In this document: positions 29,958 through 40,599 of the stretch, one piece after another
Numbering within the stretch: position 1 is the stretch's first letter
Layout of the letters: each line of letters starts with the position of its first letter
NCBI GenBank assembly: GCA_016869285.1
Contig: VGEN01000003.1
Span: 150 to 64,149, forward strand
Origin: Alphaproteobacteria bacterium
GTDB lineage: Bacteria; Pseudomonadota; Alphaproteobacteria; SHVZ01
Reading direction: 5' to 3'
Length of the DNA stretch: 64,000 bases
Position numbers and translations under genes: made by a program
The notes under the pieces: model-generated
The model's database searches: none
The model's input: only the letters and a program-made list of their open reading frames with translations
Told to the model about the DNA's origin: nothing

Positions 29958-32900
29958 TGGACCTCGACCGCCACCTCGGCGTTGCCGGCCGCATCGAGGT
30001 CGGCGGGGTGCCGGAGGGCGTCGATGCGCGCCTGATCGCGAACCTCGTCCGCGCCGCGCCGGGGCGCCCGGTGCTACACATCGCCCGCGACGATGCGCGG
30101 CTCGCGCGTCTCTGCGAGGCGCTGGCGTTCTTCGCGCCCGGGATCGAGGTCGTCGCGGTCCCGGCCTGGGATTGCCTTCCCTATGACCGCGTCTCGCCGA
30201 ATCCCGAGATCGTCGCCCGCCGGATCGATGCGCTGACAAGGCTCTCGACCACGGCGGTCCCCGCGACCGGCCGCGCCGTCGTCACCACGATCGCCGGCGC
30301 GCTGCAGCGGCTGCCGACGCGGCAGGTGTTCACGGCTTCGGTTCGGCGCCTTGCCAAGGGCAGCCGTGCCAATGTCAACGAGCTGGTCGAGTTCCTGCGC
30401 CACACCGGCTACCGGCGATCGGACACCGTGCGCGAGGCCGGCGAGTTCGCGCTTCGCGGCGGCATCCTCGATGTCTTCCCGCCAGGATCGGTCGAGCCGC
30501 TCCGTGTCGACTTCTTCGGCGACGAGATCGACGGCCTGCGCAGCTTCGATCCGATGACGCAGCTGACCACGGGCAAGCACGATGCCGTGCTGTTCCAGCC
30601 GGTCAGCGAGGCGATGCTGGACCCGGCATCGATCCAGCGCTTCCGGTCGGGCTATCGCGGTGCTTTCGGCGCCGATACCGCCGATCCGCTCTACGAGGCG
30701 GTTAGCGCCGGCCGGCACCACGCCGGCATGGAGCATTGGCTGCCGTTGTTTCACGAGAGGCTCGAGCTGATCCTCGACTACCTGCCGGATGCCCGCGTGA
30801 CGCTCGACCCCGAGGCCGACCCGGCCTTCGCCGCGCGCTTCGAGATGATCGCCGAATATTTCGAGGCGAGGCAGTCGATGGGCAAGGTCAGCGCCGAGGA
30901 GGGACTGCCCTACAAGCCGCTGCCGCCGGACAGGCTCTATCCGAGCGCCGAGGAGTGGCAGGCCCGCCTGCTGGAGCGCCCAGTCGCCGCCTTCTCGCCC
31001 TTCGCCGGCCCCGGTCGCGATGCCGGCGGCCGCCTCGGCCACGACTTCGCCGCCGCCCGCGCCGCGCCGGAGATCAATCTCTACGACGCCGTCCGCCAGC
31101 ACCTGGACGCGCTCACCGGCGAGGGCAGGAAGGTGACGATCGCCGCCCATACCGAGGGATCGGCGGATCGGCTCGCGCATCTGCTCGGCGAGCACGGGGT
31201 GAAGAGCCTCCTGCCGGTGCCGGATGGGCGCGCGCTCGATCTGCTGGCGCCGGGACAGGTCGGCATGGCCGTGCTGGGGCTCGAGCGCGGTTTCGTCCAC
31301 GATGGAGTGGCGCTGGTCGCCGAGGCCGACATCCTCGGCGAGCGCCTGTCTCGCCCGCAACGCCGCCGCCGCAAGGGCGAGGATTTCCTCAAGGAAGCTT
31401 CGACGCTGACCCAGGGCGATCTCGTCGTCCATGTCGAGCACGGCATCGGCCGCTACGACGGTTTGGTGACGCTGGAGGTTTCGGGGGCGCCGCACGACTG
31501 CCTGCGCGTGCTCTATGCCGGAAACGACAAGCTGTTCGTGCCGGTCGAGAACATCGAGGTGCTGTCGCGTTACGGCTCCGAGGACGCCGACGCGCAGCTC
31601 GACCGTCTCGGCGGCGCCGGCTGGCAGGCGCGGAAGGCACGGGTCAAGCAGAAGATCCGCGACATCGCCGACCGCCTGATCAAGATCGCAGCCGAGCGCG
31701 AGGTCCGGAAGGGCGAGACGGTGAACGTGCCCGAAGGGCTCTACGAGGAGTTCTGCGCGCGTTTCCCCTATGCCGAGACCGACGACCAGCTCCGCGCCAT
31801 AGGCGACACCGTCGACGATCTCGGCTCCGGCAAGCCGATGGACCGGCTTATCTGCGGCGATGTCGGCTTCGGCAAGACCGAGGTGGCGTTGCGTGCCGCC
31901 TTCTTGGGCCTGATGTCGGGCATGCAGGTCGCGGTCGTGGTGCCGACGACCTTGCTCTGCCGCCAGCATGTGCAGACCTTCACCCAGCGCTTCTCTGGCT
32001 TGCCGGTCCGCATCGGCCAGCTCTCGCGCCTGGTCAGCGCCAAGGACGCCGCCGAGACCAAGAAGCGGCTCGCTGACGGCACCCTAGAGCTTGTCATCGG
32101 CACCCACGCCCTGCTGGCGAAGTCGATCAAGTTCGCCAATCTCGGCCTCCTGATCGTCGATGAGGAGCAGCATTTCGGCGTTGGCCAGAAGGAGCGCCTG
32201 AAGGAACTGCGGGCCGACGTCCATGTGCTGACGCTGACGGCGACGCCGATCCCGCGCACTCTCCAGATGGCGCTCTCGGGCGTGCGCGAGATGAGCGTGA
32301 TCGCGACGCCGCCGGTCGATCGGCTTGCCGTCCGCACCTTCGTGCTGCCCTACGATCCCGTCATCATCCGCGAGGCGATCCTTCGCGAGCACTATCGCGG
32401 CGGCCAGACCTTCTATGTCTGCCCGCGCATCGAGGATCTGCCGGCGGTGGCTGAGCGGCTGGCCAAGCTGGTGCCCGAGATCAAGGTCGGACAGGCGCAT
32501 GGCAAGCTGTCGCCGACGGCGCTCGAATCGGTGATGACCCGCTTCGTCGACCGCGAGTTCGACGTGCTGCTCTCGACTAACATCGTCGAGTCCGGCCTCG
32601 ACATCCCGTCTGCCAACACGCTGATCATCCATCGCGCCGACATGTTCGGCCTGGCCCAGCTCTATCAGCTGCGCGGCCGCGTCGGGCGCTCGAAGATCCG
32701 GGCCTATGCCTACATGACGCTGCCGCCCAACAAGAGGCTGACGGCGACGGCGCAGCGCCGGCTCGAGGTCATGCAGACCCTCGACACGCTGGGCGCCGGC
32801 TTCGCGCTCGCCTCGCACGATCTCGACATCCGCGGTGCCGGCAACCTGCTCGGCGAGGAGCAGTCGGGCCACATCCGGGAGGTCGGCATCGAGCTCTACC

Positions 32901-33409
32901 AGCAGCTGCTCGAGGAAGCGGTCGCCAATGCCCGCGGCGGCGGCGGCGAGGTCCAGGAGCAGTGGACGCCGCAGATCTCGATCGGCACGCCGGTGCTGAT
33001 CCCCGAGAGCTATGTCGCCGACCTCTCCGTGCGGCTCGGCCTCTACCGCAGGCTCTCGCTGCTGGTCGACCAGCAGGAGATCGATGCCTTCGCCGCGGAG
33101 CTGGTCGACCGCTTCGGCAAGCTGCCGGACGAGGTCTCGAACCTGCTCGAGATCATCGCGATCAAGCGCCTCTGCCGCCAGGCCGGCGTCGAGAAGGTCG
33201 AGGCCGGGCCTAAGGGCGCCGTCGTCACGCTCCGCCACAATACCTTCGTCAAGCCCGACAAGCTGATCGACTTCATCACCCGCCAGGTCGGCACCGCCCG
33301 GGTCCGCCCCGACCAGAAGATCGTCTTCCAGCGCGGCTGGGAGGACGAGAAAACCCGCATCCAGGGCATGCGCCGCCTGATGGGCGACCTCGCCAAGATC
33401 GCAGCGTGA
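29957..33409 (+). CDS. mfd: transcription-repair coupling factor Mfd
   Basis: UvrB-homology N-terminal region, RNAP-interacting domain, helicase motifs (GDVGFGKTEVA, DEEQHFG), TRG motif. Start at MDLDRHLG, which is internal to the track ORF. Confidence 0.9.
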   Translation: MDLDRHLGVAGRIEVGGVPEGVDARLIANLVRAAPGRPVLHIARDDARLARLCEALAFFAPGIEVVAVPAWDCLPYDRVSPNPEIVARRIDALTRLSTTAVPATGRAVVTTIAGALQRLPTRQVFTASVRRLAKGSRANVNELVEFLRHTGYRRSDTVREAGEFALRGGILDVFPPGSVEPLRVDFFGDEIDGLRSFDPMTQLTTGKHDAVLFQPVSEAMLDPASIQRFRSGYRGAFGADTADPLYEAVSAGRHHAGMEHWLPLFHERLELILDYLPDARVTLDPEADPAFAARFEMIAEYFEARQSMGKVSAEEGLPYKPLPPDRLYPSAEEWQARLLERPVAAFSPFAGPGRDAGGRLGHDFAAARAAPEINLYDAVRQHLDALTGEGRKVTIAAHTEGSADRLAHLLGEHGVKSLLPVPDGRALDLLAPGQVGMAVLGLERGFVHDGVALVAEADILGERLSRPQRRRRKGEDFLKEASTLTQGDLVVHVEHGIGRYDGLVTLEVSGAPHDCLRVLYAGNDKLFVPVENIEVLSRYGSEDADAQLDRLGGAGWQARKARVKQKIRDIADRLIKIAAEREVRKGETVNVPEGLYEEFCARFPYAETDDQLRAIGDTVDDLGSGKPMDRLICGDVGFGKTEVALRAAFLGLMSGMQVAVVVPTTLLCRQHVQTFTQRFSGLPVRIGQLSRLVSAKDAAETKKRLADGTLELVIGTHALLAKSIKFANLGLLIVDEEQHFGVGQKERLKELRADVHVLTLTATPIPRTLQMALSGVREMSVIATPPVDRLAVRTFVLPYDPVIIREAILREHYRGGQTFYVCPRIEDLPAVAERLAKLVPEIKVGQAHGKLSPTALESVMTRFVDREFDVLLSTNIVESGLDIPSANTLIIHRADMFGLAQLYQLRGRVGRSKIRAYAYMTLPPNKRLTATAQRRLEVMQTLDTLGAGFALASHDLDIRGAGNLLGEEQSGHIREVGIELYQQLLEEAVANARGGGGEVQEQWTPQISIGTPVLIPESYVADLSVRLGLYRRLSLLVDQQEIDAFAAELVDRFGKLPDEVSNLLEIIAIKRLCRQAGVEKVEAGPKGAVVTLRHNTFVKPDKLIDFITRQVGTARVRPDQKIVFQRGWEDEKTRIQGMRRLMGDLAKIAA

Positions 33410-33597
33410 AGCCCGGAATTGTCGCAGCTGCGACGAACGGCGACGTCCATCTTTTACTTGCCGTGCACGCACCTATATCAGTGTGCATGTCGTTGACCGC
33501 ATCACGTATTCCTAAGACGGTGCAGACGGGCAGCCGGTTGCTCGACGGCATCGAATCTCCCTGCGATCCGACCGAGCCCAAGGTCTGGTCGGAGAGC

Positions 33598-33891
33598 ATG
33601 GGTACGCCGGGGCGATGCGTGCCCGGCGTGCGCTTCCGTTCCCTCGAAGCCGGCGCCAAGCTGCTGTCGCCGAAGAACCGCATCCTGCTGCGCACGATCG
33701 CCGAGCGTAAGCCGCAATCGGTGACGGCGCTCGCCGCCATGACCGGGCGGACGGGACAGAACGTGCTCCGCACCCTCAACAAGATGGCCGCCGTCGGCCT
33801 CATCCGGCTCAACCGCGAGGACGGTCGCGCGCGGCGGCCGGTGCTGGCCGTTCGCAAGATCCACGTCGAGATCGACCTCCTGGCCGGCTGA
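33598..33891 (+). CDS. small winged-helix DNA-binding protein (MarR/HTH-like), start uncertain
   Basis: Helix-turn-helix region LLRTIAERKPQSVTALAAMTGRTGQNVLRTLNKMAAVGLI. Candidate starts at 33487 or 33598 (GGAGAG 1 nt upstream of the latter). Confidence 0.4.
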   Translation: MGTPGRCVPGVRFRSLEAGAKLLSPKNRILLRTIAERKPQSVTALAAMTGRTGQNVLRTLNKMAAVGLIRLNREDGRARRPVLAVRKIHVEIDLLAG

Positions 33892-34023
33892 GCGCTGCCG
33901 GCCGAGGCTCCCGCGCCCTTGCCGCCGGGGGGCGCTCCTGTCAGACTTTCACAAAACTGTCATGTCATGAAACCGACACGAAGCCCGCCGCAAAGAGCGG
34001 GCGAGCAGGGAAGGAAAGTCGGC

Positions 34024-35115
34024 ATGGCCGGCGCCGCGCTGGAGATCGACCGGGTCGAGGCCGCCTATGGCGCGACCCGGGTGCTGAAGGGCGTCTCGCT
34101 CGCTGTCCGGCCGGGCGAGTTCGTGGCGCTGCTCGGCTCCTCCGGCTGCGGCAAGACCACCTTGCTGCGCGCGGTTTCGGGCTTCGTTCCCATCGCGGCG
34201 GGCCGCATCTCGGTCGACGGCCGCGACATCTCCGGCCTGCCGCCGGACAAGCGCGACATGGCGATGGTCTTCCAGTCCTACGCGCTGTGGCCGCACATGA
34301 CCGCGGCCGGGAACATCGGCTACGGCCTCAAGCTGCGCGGATGGGGCAAGGCGCGGATCGCCGAGCGTGTCGGCCAGATGCTGGCGATGCTCAAGCTCGA
34401 CGGCCTCGGCGAGCGGATGGTGACGCAGCTCTCCGGCGGCCAGCGCCAGCGCGTCGCGCTCGGCCGCGCGCTGGCGATCGATCCGCGCATCCTGCTGCTC
34501 GACGAGCCGCTGTCGAACTTGGACGCTCGCATCCGCGAGGATGTCCGCCACGAGATCAAGGCGCTGCAGAACAAGCTCGGCATCACCGCGATCCATGTGA
34601 CGCATGATCGCGAGGAGGCGATGGTCATGGCCGACCGCATCGTCATCCTCGATGCCGGAGAGATCGCCCAGGTGGGTTCGCCCGAGGAGGTCTACAACCG
34701 TCCGGCCTCCGCCTTCGTCGCTTCCTTCATGGGGGCGGGCAACGTCGTGCGCCTGGCGGCGAGGCGCGACGGCAGCGGCCTCGTGCTCGGCGCCGGGGAG
34801 CTCTCCAACGAGATTCAGGTGCCCGTCGCCGCCGTCTCGGGTCCGGCCGACGGCCAGGTCGTCGCGCATTTCCGTGGCGAGGCGGCGACTCTCGGCGCCG
34901 CCGATGCGGATGAGGCGGGCAAGCTCATCCTGCGCGGCCGCATCGCGCAGGCCTCGTATCCCGGAGGGCATTGGCGCTACGGCGTCGCCGTCGGCACGCA
35001 GCACTTCATGGTCGACGATCCGCGCCGGCTTCCTGTCGGCGAGCCGGTCGGCATCGGCCTTCCTTTGTCGTCGCTCCACCTGTTCGCCGCCGGTTCGCCG
35101 GCGGATCGCGCCTAG
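34024..35115 (+). CDS. ABC transporter ATP-binding protein (PotA/FbpC/MalK-type with C-terminal TOBE-like domain)
   Basis: Walker A GSSGCGKTT, signature LSGGQRQRV, Walker B LLLDEPLSNLD. AGGAAAG ribosome-binding site. Confidence 0.85.
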   Translation: MAGAALEIDRVEAAYGATRVLKGVSLAVRPGEFVALLGSSGCGKTTLLRAVSGFVPIAAGRISVDGRDISGLPPDKRDMAMVFQSYALWPHMTAAGNIGYGLKLRGWGKARIAERVGQMLAMLKLDGLGERMVTQLSGGQRQRVALGRALAIDPRILLLDEPLSNLDARIREDVRHEIKALQNKLGITAIHVTHDREEAMVMADRIVILDAGEIAQVGSPEEVYNRPASAFVASFMGAGNVVRLAARRDGSGLVLGAGELSNEIQVPVAAVSGPADGQVVAHFRGEAATLGAADADEAGKLILRGRIAQASYPGGHWRYGVAVGTQHFMVDDPRRLPVGEPVGIGLPLSSLHLFAAGSPADRA

Positions 35116-35138
35116 ATCCCGTTCACTGAAGGAGGACC

Positions 35139-36287
35139 GTGATGAAACCAATCTTAAAGCTTGCGACGGCCGCGGCCTTGGCCCTCGCTCTCGCCCCGGC
35201 CGGGGCGAACGCGCAGAGGGTCACGCTCAACGTGATCACCGCCGGCGACCAGAACATGGTCGACTATGTGAAGGATTATCTCGGCCCGATCTTCCAGAAG
35301 TCGAACCCGAACGTGACGATCAGCTCGGTCGGCACCGGCCCCGGCGATGCCGGCTCGCAGAAGATCGCCGAGAAGATCATCGCGCAGAAGGACAGGGCGA
35401 GCTGGGACGTCGATGTCGCCGTGATCCATCAGAAGATGGCGGGCGACCTCGTGCAGGCAGGCCTCCTCGCGCCCTATACCAAGGACATCGCCTCCGGGAA
35501 GATGGTGACCTCCGACAACTCGAAGATGGCGCTCGGCGCCAAGGTCGAGGGCTACGTCATCCCGATGTTCAACAGCCAGACGGCGATCGCCTACAACCCG
35601 GCGCTGGTGAAGAACCCACCCAAGACCTATGCCGATATCGAGGCATGGTCGAAGGCCAACCCGAAGCAGTTCGGCTACAACGGCATCAAGGGCGGCATGT
35701 CCGGCGTCAGCTTCGTCGTCGGCTGGGTCTATGCCAATGCCAAGGACGCGAACAAGCTGGCGAACGGTCCCTACGATGCGAACGAGAAGGCGAGCTGGGA
35801 CCCGGCGCTCGCCAAGCTCAAGGAGTTCAACAAGACCGCGACGATCACGCCCGGCAACGCCGGCACTCTCGACATGCTGAACCGCGGCGAGATCGCCATG
35901 GGCCCGGTCTGGGTCGATATGTTCTACACCTGGATGGCCGATGGGAAGCTGCCGCCGACGATGAAGCTGAGCCTGGTCGGCCCCGGCATGCCCGGCCAGC
36001 CGATGTACTATGTGATCCCGGCCAAGGCCGCGAACATGGAGGCAGCGAAGAAGTTCATCGAGATCGCGACCAGCCCGGCGGTGCAGGCCGACGGCATCGT
36101 CAGGAAGTTCAACTGGTATCCGGGCATCGACGCACAACACGTCAAGAGCCAGCTTGACGACGCCACCTGGAACAAGCTGTTCGTCGACGTGACGCCGCAG
36201 GAGCTGGCCTCGAAGGGCAAGTCCTTCCCGATCAAGCAGTACTTCGACGACATCCTCGAGGCCTATGAAAAGAAGGTCGTGAACTGA
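35139..36287 (+). CDS. ABC transporter periplasmic substrate-binding protein (family 1, PotD/FbpA-like)
   Basis: Signal peptide MMKPILKLATAAALALALAPAGANA. 382 aa. GAAGGAGG ribosome-binding site. Confidence 0.8.
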   Translation: MMKPILKLATAAALALALAPAGANAQRVTLNVITAGDQNMVDYVKDYLGPIFQKSNPNVTISSVGTGPGDAGSQKIAEKIIAQKDRASWDVDVAVIHQKMAGDLVQAGLLAPYTKDIASGKMVTSDNSKMALGAKVEGYVIPMFNSQTAIAYNPALVKNPPKTYADIEAWSKANPKQFGYNGIKGGMSGVSFVVGWVYANAKDANKLANGPYDANEKASWDPALAKLKEFNKTATITPGNAGTLDMLNRGEIAMGPVWVDMFYTWMADGKLPPTMKLSLVGPGMPGQPMYYVIPAKAANMEAAKKFIEIATSPAVQADGIVRKFNWYPGIDAQHVKSQLDDATWNKLFVDVTPQELASKGKSFPIKQYFDDILEAYEKKVVN

Positions 36288-36315
36288 GCCGTCTCCTCTA
36301 AGTCGGAGTGGTGGC

Positions 36316-36408
36316 TACCCCCCACCCCAACCCTCCCCCGCAAGGGGGGAGGGGGCGCGAGACGTTTCGTAACCCTCCCCCCTCCGTGGGGGAGGGTAGG
36401 GTGGGGGG
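36316..36408. repeat. REP-like G/C-rich palindromic element (copy B), intercistronic inside an ABC operon
   Basis: Nested inverted repeats CCCCCCACCCCAACCCTCCCCC...GGGGGAGGGTAGGGTGGGGGG and CCCTCCCCCgcaaGGGGGGAGGGGG. Shares the core CCCCACCCYAACCCTCCCCC with the copy at 11.0 kb. Confidence 0.7.
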
Positions 36409-36412
36409 CTGA

Positions 36413-37246
36413 GTGGCAAGTTCCCGCCTCATCGGCCTTCTCCTGGTCGCGCCGGCGCTTCTCGCCGTCGGCGCGCTCTTCGTCTATCCGCTGGGATTCT
36501 CGGTCGCGACCGCCTTCACGACGAAGGAAGGCATCCTCACCCTCGGCAACTTCTATCGCGCCTTCGAGCTCTACTCGGTCGATATCGGGTTCACGCTGGT
36601 CATCGTCGGCGCCTCGACGCTGCTCTGCGGCCTGCTGGCCATCGCCATCGGCGGCTACCTGACGCTCGGCGAGAACCCGCGCGCAGTCGCCATCCTGAAA
36701 TGGCTCTATCGCTGGCCGCTGTTCATCCCCTTCGTCGTCGCCGCCCAGTGCATGCGCACCTTCATCGCCAAGAACGGGCTGATGAACAATTCGCTGGTCT
36801 CGCTCGGCATCCTCGAGCCGATCCAGACCACGAGCCTCCTCGACTGGCGCGGCATCGTCATCACCTTCGTCTGGAAGCAGACGCCGTTCGTGGCGCTGCT
36901 GGTCGCCGGCGCCATGGCCTCGCTCGACCGCTCGACCATCGAGGCGGCGCGCAACCTCGGCGCCGGCCGGCTCCGCATCCTGATCGAGATCGTGACGCCA
37001 CAGGTGCTGCCGACGCTGGTCGTGGCGCTGATCCTCTCCTTCGTTACCATGATGTCGGTCTTGAGCGTGCCGATCATGATCTCCGGCGAGTCGCCGACGA
37101 TGATGACCGTCGACATGGCCTTCCGCATCAACGCCTATGGCGACTACGGCACCGCCAACGCGCTCGGCGTGCTCTCCTACCTGATGACAGGGGCGGTCGC
37201 CTGGATTTATCTTCGCCGCGGCATCCGGCAGGGCGGCAAGCCGTGA
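36413..37246 (+). CDS. ABC transporter permease (PotB-like)
   Basis: GTG start. Six TM segments. EAA-like loop (IEAARNLGAGRLR). Confidence 0.8.
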   Translation: MASSRLIGLLLVAPALLAVGALFVYPLGFSVATAFTTKEGILTLGNFYRAFELYSVDIGFTLVIVGASTLLCGLLAIAIGGYLTLGENPRAVAILKWLYRWPLFIPFVVAAQCMRTFIAKNGLMNNSLVSLGILEPIQTTSLLDWRGIVITFVWKQTPFVALLVAGAMASLDRSTIEAARNLGAGRLRILIEIVTPQVLPTLVVALILSFVTMMSVLSVPIMISGESPTMMTVDMAFRINAYGDYGTANALGVLSYLMTGAVAWIYLRRGIRQGGKP

Positions 37247-38046
37247 CCGGACTTGCCTGGCTGCCGCGCGCGATCGTTCTCGGCCTCATCGCGTTTGCGA
37301 TTTTCGGGCCGCTTGCCAACCTGGCGCTCTGGGCCGCCGCTGAGCAGTGGTACTTCCCGCACAAGCTGCCGGTCGTATACGGCCTGAAATTCTGGCACCA
37401 GGTGTTCAAGCCGAGCTCGGATGCGATCGTGTCGCTCGGCAACTCCGTGGTGATCGCGCTGCTGACGGTCGTCGTCAGCCTTGCTCTTGCCGTACCGGCG
37501 GGCTACGCCCTCGCACGGCTCAGCCTGCCGCTGCGCGGGTTGATCATGCTGGCCTTCCTACTGCCGCAGGCCTTTCCATCGGTCGCCGTCTACATCAACG
37601 TCGCCCGCATCTTCTATTCCTTCGGCCTCAACGGCACGATCGCCGGCGTCGTCCTCGTCCATGCGGTGCACGGCCTCGTCTTCGCCGTCTGGATCGCGTC
37701 CGCAGCCTTCGCCGCGGTCGATCGCGACCTCGAGCTGGCCGCGCGCAATATCGGCGCTGGGCCGCTTCGCACCTTCTTCACCGTGACCCTGCCGCTGGCG
37801 GCACCCGGCATCGTCGCCTCGGCGATCTTCGTCTTCCTTGAGTCGCTCGACGAGTTCACCGGCACATTCTTCGTCGGCGTGCCGGACGTGACGACGCTGC
37901 CGCTGCTCATGTTCACCGCATCCGTGGCGGGCAACTACCAGATCGCGGCGATCACTGCGCTGATTCTGCTGGTGCCGTCGGTCGGCTTCATGCTCTTCGT
38001 CGAGCGCTTCCTCAAGGCCGATGTGCTCGCCAAGGTAGGAACCTAG
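37243..38046 (+). CDS. ABC transporter permease (PotC-like)
   Basis: GTG start overlapping the upstream stop as GTGA. EAA loop (LELAARNIGAGPLRTF). Confidence 0.8.
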   Translation: MTGLAWLPRAIVLGLIAFAIFGPLANLALWAAAEQWYFPHKLPVVYGLKFWHQVFKPSSDAIVSLGNSVVIALLTVVVSLALAVPAGYALARLSLPLRGLIMLAFLLPQAFPSVAVYINVARIFYSFGLNGTIAGVVLVHAVHGLVFAVWIASAAFAAVDRDLELAARNIGAGPLRTFFTVTLPLAAPGIVASAIFVFLESLDEFTGTFFVGVPDVTTLPLLMFTASVAGNYQIAAITALILLVPSVGFMLFVERFLKADVLAKVGT

Positions 38047-38124
38047 ATCGAGGGCGGCGGCATTGACCTGACCGGCGCGAATCGCGGATTGTGAACTCCG
38101 GGTAGCGCTGGTCAGGACGGGCCG

Positions 38125-40185
38125 TTGACTCAATCGAAGCTGCTGCAGGTAGCCAGGACGTACCACCAGACGGGACGGCTGGCAGCGGCAGAGGCAATCT
38201 ACCGCCGGATCGCGGCCGATGACCCCGGTCTCAAGGCGGTCGTCTTTCACGCTCTCGGCGTCATTGCCTTTCAGCAGGGCCGGCACCACGTTGCGGCCGA
38301 TCAGATTGCCAAGGCGATCGATGCCGATGACTCGAGACCGGAGTTCCACGTCGATCTCTCGCATGCGCTGCAGCATGTGCGGCAGCTGGCCGCCGCCATA
38401 GCGGCAGCCGAGCGCGCGACCGCCCTCGGTGAGCGTTCTATCTCGTTCCTGTCGCATCTATTCGGGCTCTATCTCGACGAGGATCGCCCTGGCGACGCAA
38501 TTGCCTTGGTCGAGCGGATGGAGGCCGACGACGCCATCGGCGCCGATCCGGCGGCGCGACGCGAACGCGGGCGAATGCGCCGCATCGTCGGCGATGCGGC
38601 GGGTGCCAGCTACGACCTCTTCGGAGCCCTCGCTGATCGGCCTGCGCTTTCGACGGCGTGGCATCAGCTTGGCCTTATCGCCCGGTTGTCCGGCGACGAT
38701 GCGCGGTCGGTCCTCTGCTACGAGCGCGCATTGGCGTGCGCGGGCCCCAATCCCGATCTGATCTTCGACAAGGGGCTGGCGCTGCAGCGCATGCGCCGGA
38801 TCGAGGAGGCGCGCGCCTGTTTCCGCGAGGTGAGTTTCGTCAAGACCTACACGATGTGCTACGGCGCTGACATCGAGCTGGACTTTTCCGATCTCGACAT
38901 CGGTCCGCACCGGGCGGAGTCGGTGCGGCAACGGGGGCTGGAGGCGGAGCGCTCGGGTCGAGACATCGAGGCGGTAGCGCTTTTCGGCCTGGCCTCATCG
39001 CTGATGCCGAAGGACAGGCGCGGCCGCCAGGATCTGGACCGGGTCCTTGCACGACTGGGCAAGCGGCGGGTCAAGTTCCAGTTCCTATTTCATCCTTCGA
39101 TGATGATCGCGACCGAACCGGATATGTTCATGCGGCGTGTGCAGCTCGGTCAGATTCCAGACGACCTGCTGGTTGTCTTCCTGTCCGGAACGCGACCGGC
39201 CAACCACACGCTCATCACAATGTGGCGCCGGCAGCTTCCTCTCCTCGTCGACGATCATCTCTACTATTCGATGCTGGAAGCGTTGCTGCCCGGGTTGCGG
39301 GCAACCGTCGGTCTACTCTGGGCGGACCTGTACGAGAACTACGCGCATCCTGCGAGTCATGCCGTCCTCTCGTTCACCTCGGAAGAGATGGAACGGGGAC
39401 GTGCCGGGCTTCGCCGCCTCAGCATCGATCCGGACAGGGACTGGTTCGTTTGCGCCTTCGCCCGCGACCTCGGCTGGTCGAAGCGGCTCTTCTCCGGCTT
39501 GACCGATACCTACACCCCGTTTCGCAATGCCGACATCAACAGCTACCGGCTGGCGATGCAGCACATCGTCGATCGAGGCGGCACGGTGGTGCGGATCGGT
39601 GCCGGCGTAGAGTAGCCGCTGGACATGGTGCACCCGAAGGTCATCGACTATGCGATGACGGCGCGCGAAGACTTCATGGACATATTCCTGGTCGCCCACT
39701 GCCGCTTCGTGATGGGGACGCCGGCCGGCATCACCGATTGCGGCAAGCTGTTCGATCGACCCTGCCTGTTCGTGAACAGCGTCTTCATCGGACATTGCCC
39801 CCCCGGAAAGCAGGCGCTCCATGTGCCGAAACGGCTGGTGCGAAGAACGACGGGCGAGCCTGTGCCGATCGACGAGTACCTCGGGCACTTCCGCGACGCT
39901 GCCGATCCGGTCGCCGAGGTCTTCACCGATGGCGGCCTGGCGCGCAACGACTATGCGTATGTCGATAATTCGCCCGAGGAGATACTTGAGGCGACCAAAG
40001 AAATGATCGACATGATCGAGGGCCGTTGGGGCAAGGACCCGGCCGACCAGGAGCTGCTCGAGCGCTACTTCGCCCTTTTCGGCAGCATTCCGCACACCCA
40101 GGCCGGCAGCTCGGCGCGCGTGCGCCAGCCGATGGCGCTCTCCCACCTCCGGCGCTATCGCTCCTGGTACTTTCCCGAGGGCTAA
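38125..40185 (+). pseudogene. TPR-repeat N-terminal domain fused to a putative glycosyltransferase-like C-terminal domain (TIGR04372-like), interrupted by one in-frame TAG at 39613-39615
   Basis: ORFs 38125..39615 and 39625..40185 are in the same frame, separated by TAG plus 9 nt (readthrough gives ...GVE-*-PLD-MVHPK...). TTG start. The domain continues across the stop. Confidence 0.55.
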
Positions 40186-40523
40186 AGGCCGTCCGCCGCC
40201 TTGTACGGGCCGAGGCGCATCCTTCCGCGCGCTTCGGTCCAGGCATGGATGGAAAGCTTACGGCAGGCATCGTCCACCTGCTCGAGCGTCCGGATTGAGA
40301 GGCGCTCGCGGGCGAAGTGCAGCTCGTAGCCGCTCTCGATGAGGTCGCGCATCACGCTGACCTGGATGTGCCCGCCGCGCCCGAACTGCAGCAGGCGGAG
40401 GACGATGATGCCGTCGATCCGCGACGACGCCTTGAGCCGTGCCAGGATAACCTCGTGCGTCGCCGCCGTGTAGCCGTCTTCGGTCAGGTAGAAGACGATC
40501 TGGCCGCCGAGCTGCTGGGCCAT
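40182..40523 (-). CDS. small conserved hypothetical protein (114 aa)
   Basis: Start at the internal Met (MAQQLGGQIVFYLTEDGY). The upstream part of the 170-aa track ORF overlaps the neighbouring gene and is S/R/C-rich. Confidence 0.45.
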   Translation of the reverse strand: MAQQLGGQIVFYLTEDGYTAATHEVILARLKASSRIDGIIVLRLLQFGRGGHIQVSVMRDLIESGYELHFARERLSIRTLEQVDDACRKLSIHAWTEARGRMRLGPYKAADGL

Positions 40524-40599
40524 TGCGCTGTTGGCGAGATGCTGCAGCGGCTGCGGGATCTCGCGGATCGAGGCAACGTCGAGGCAGGAGTAGAATCTC

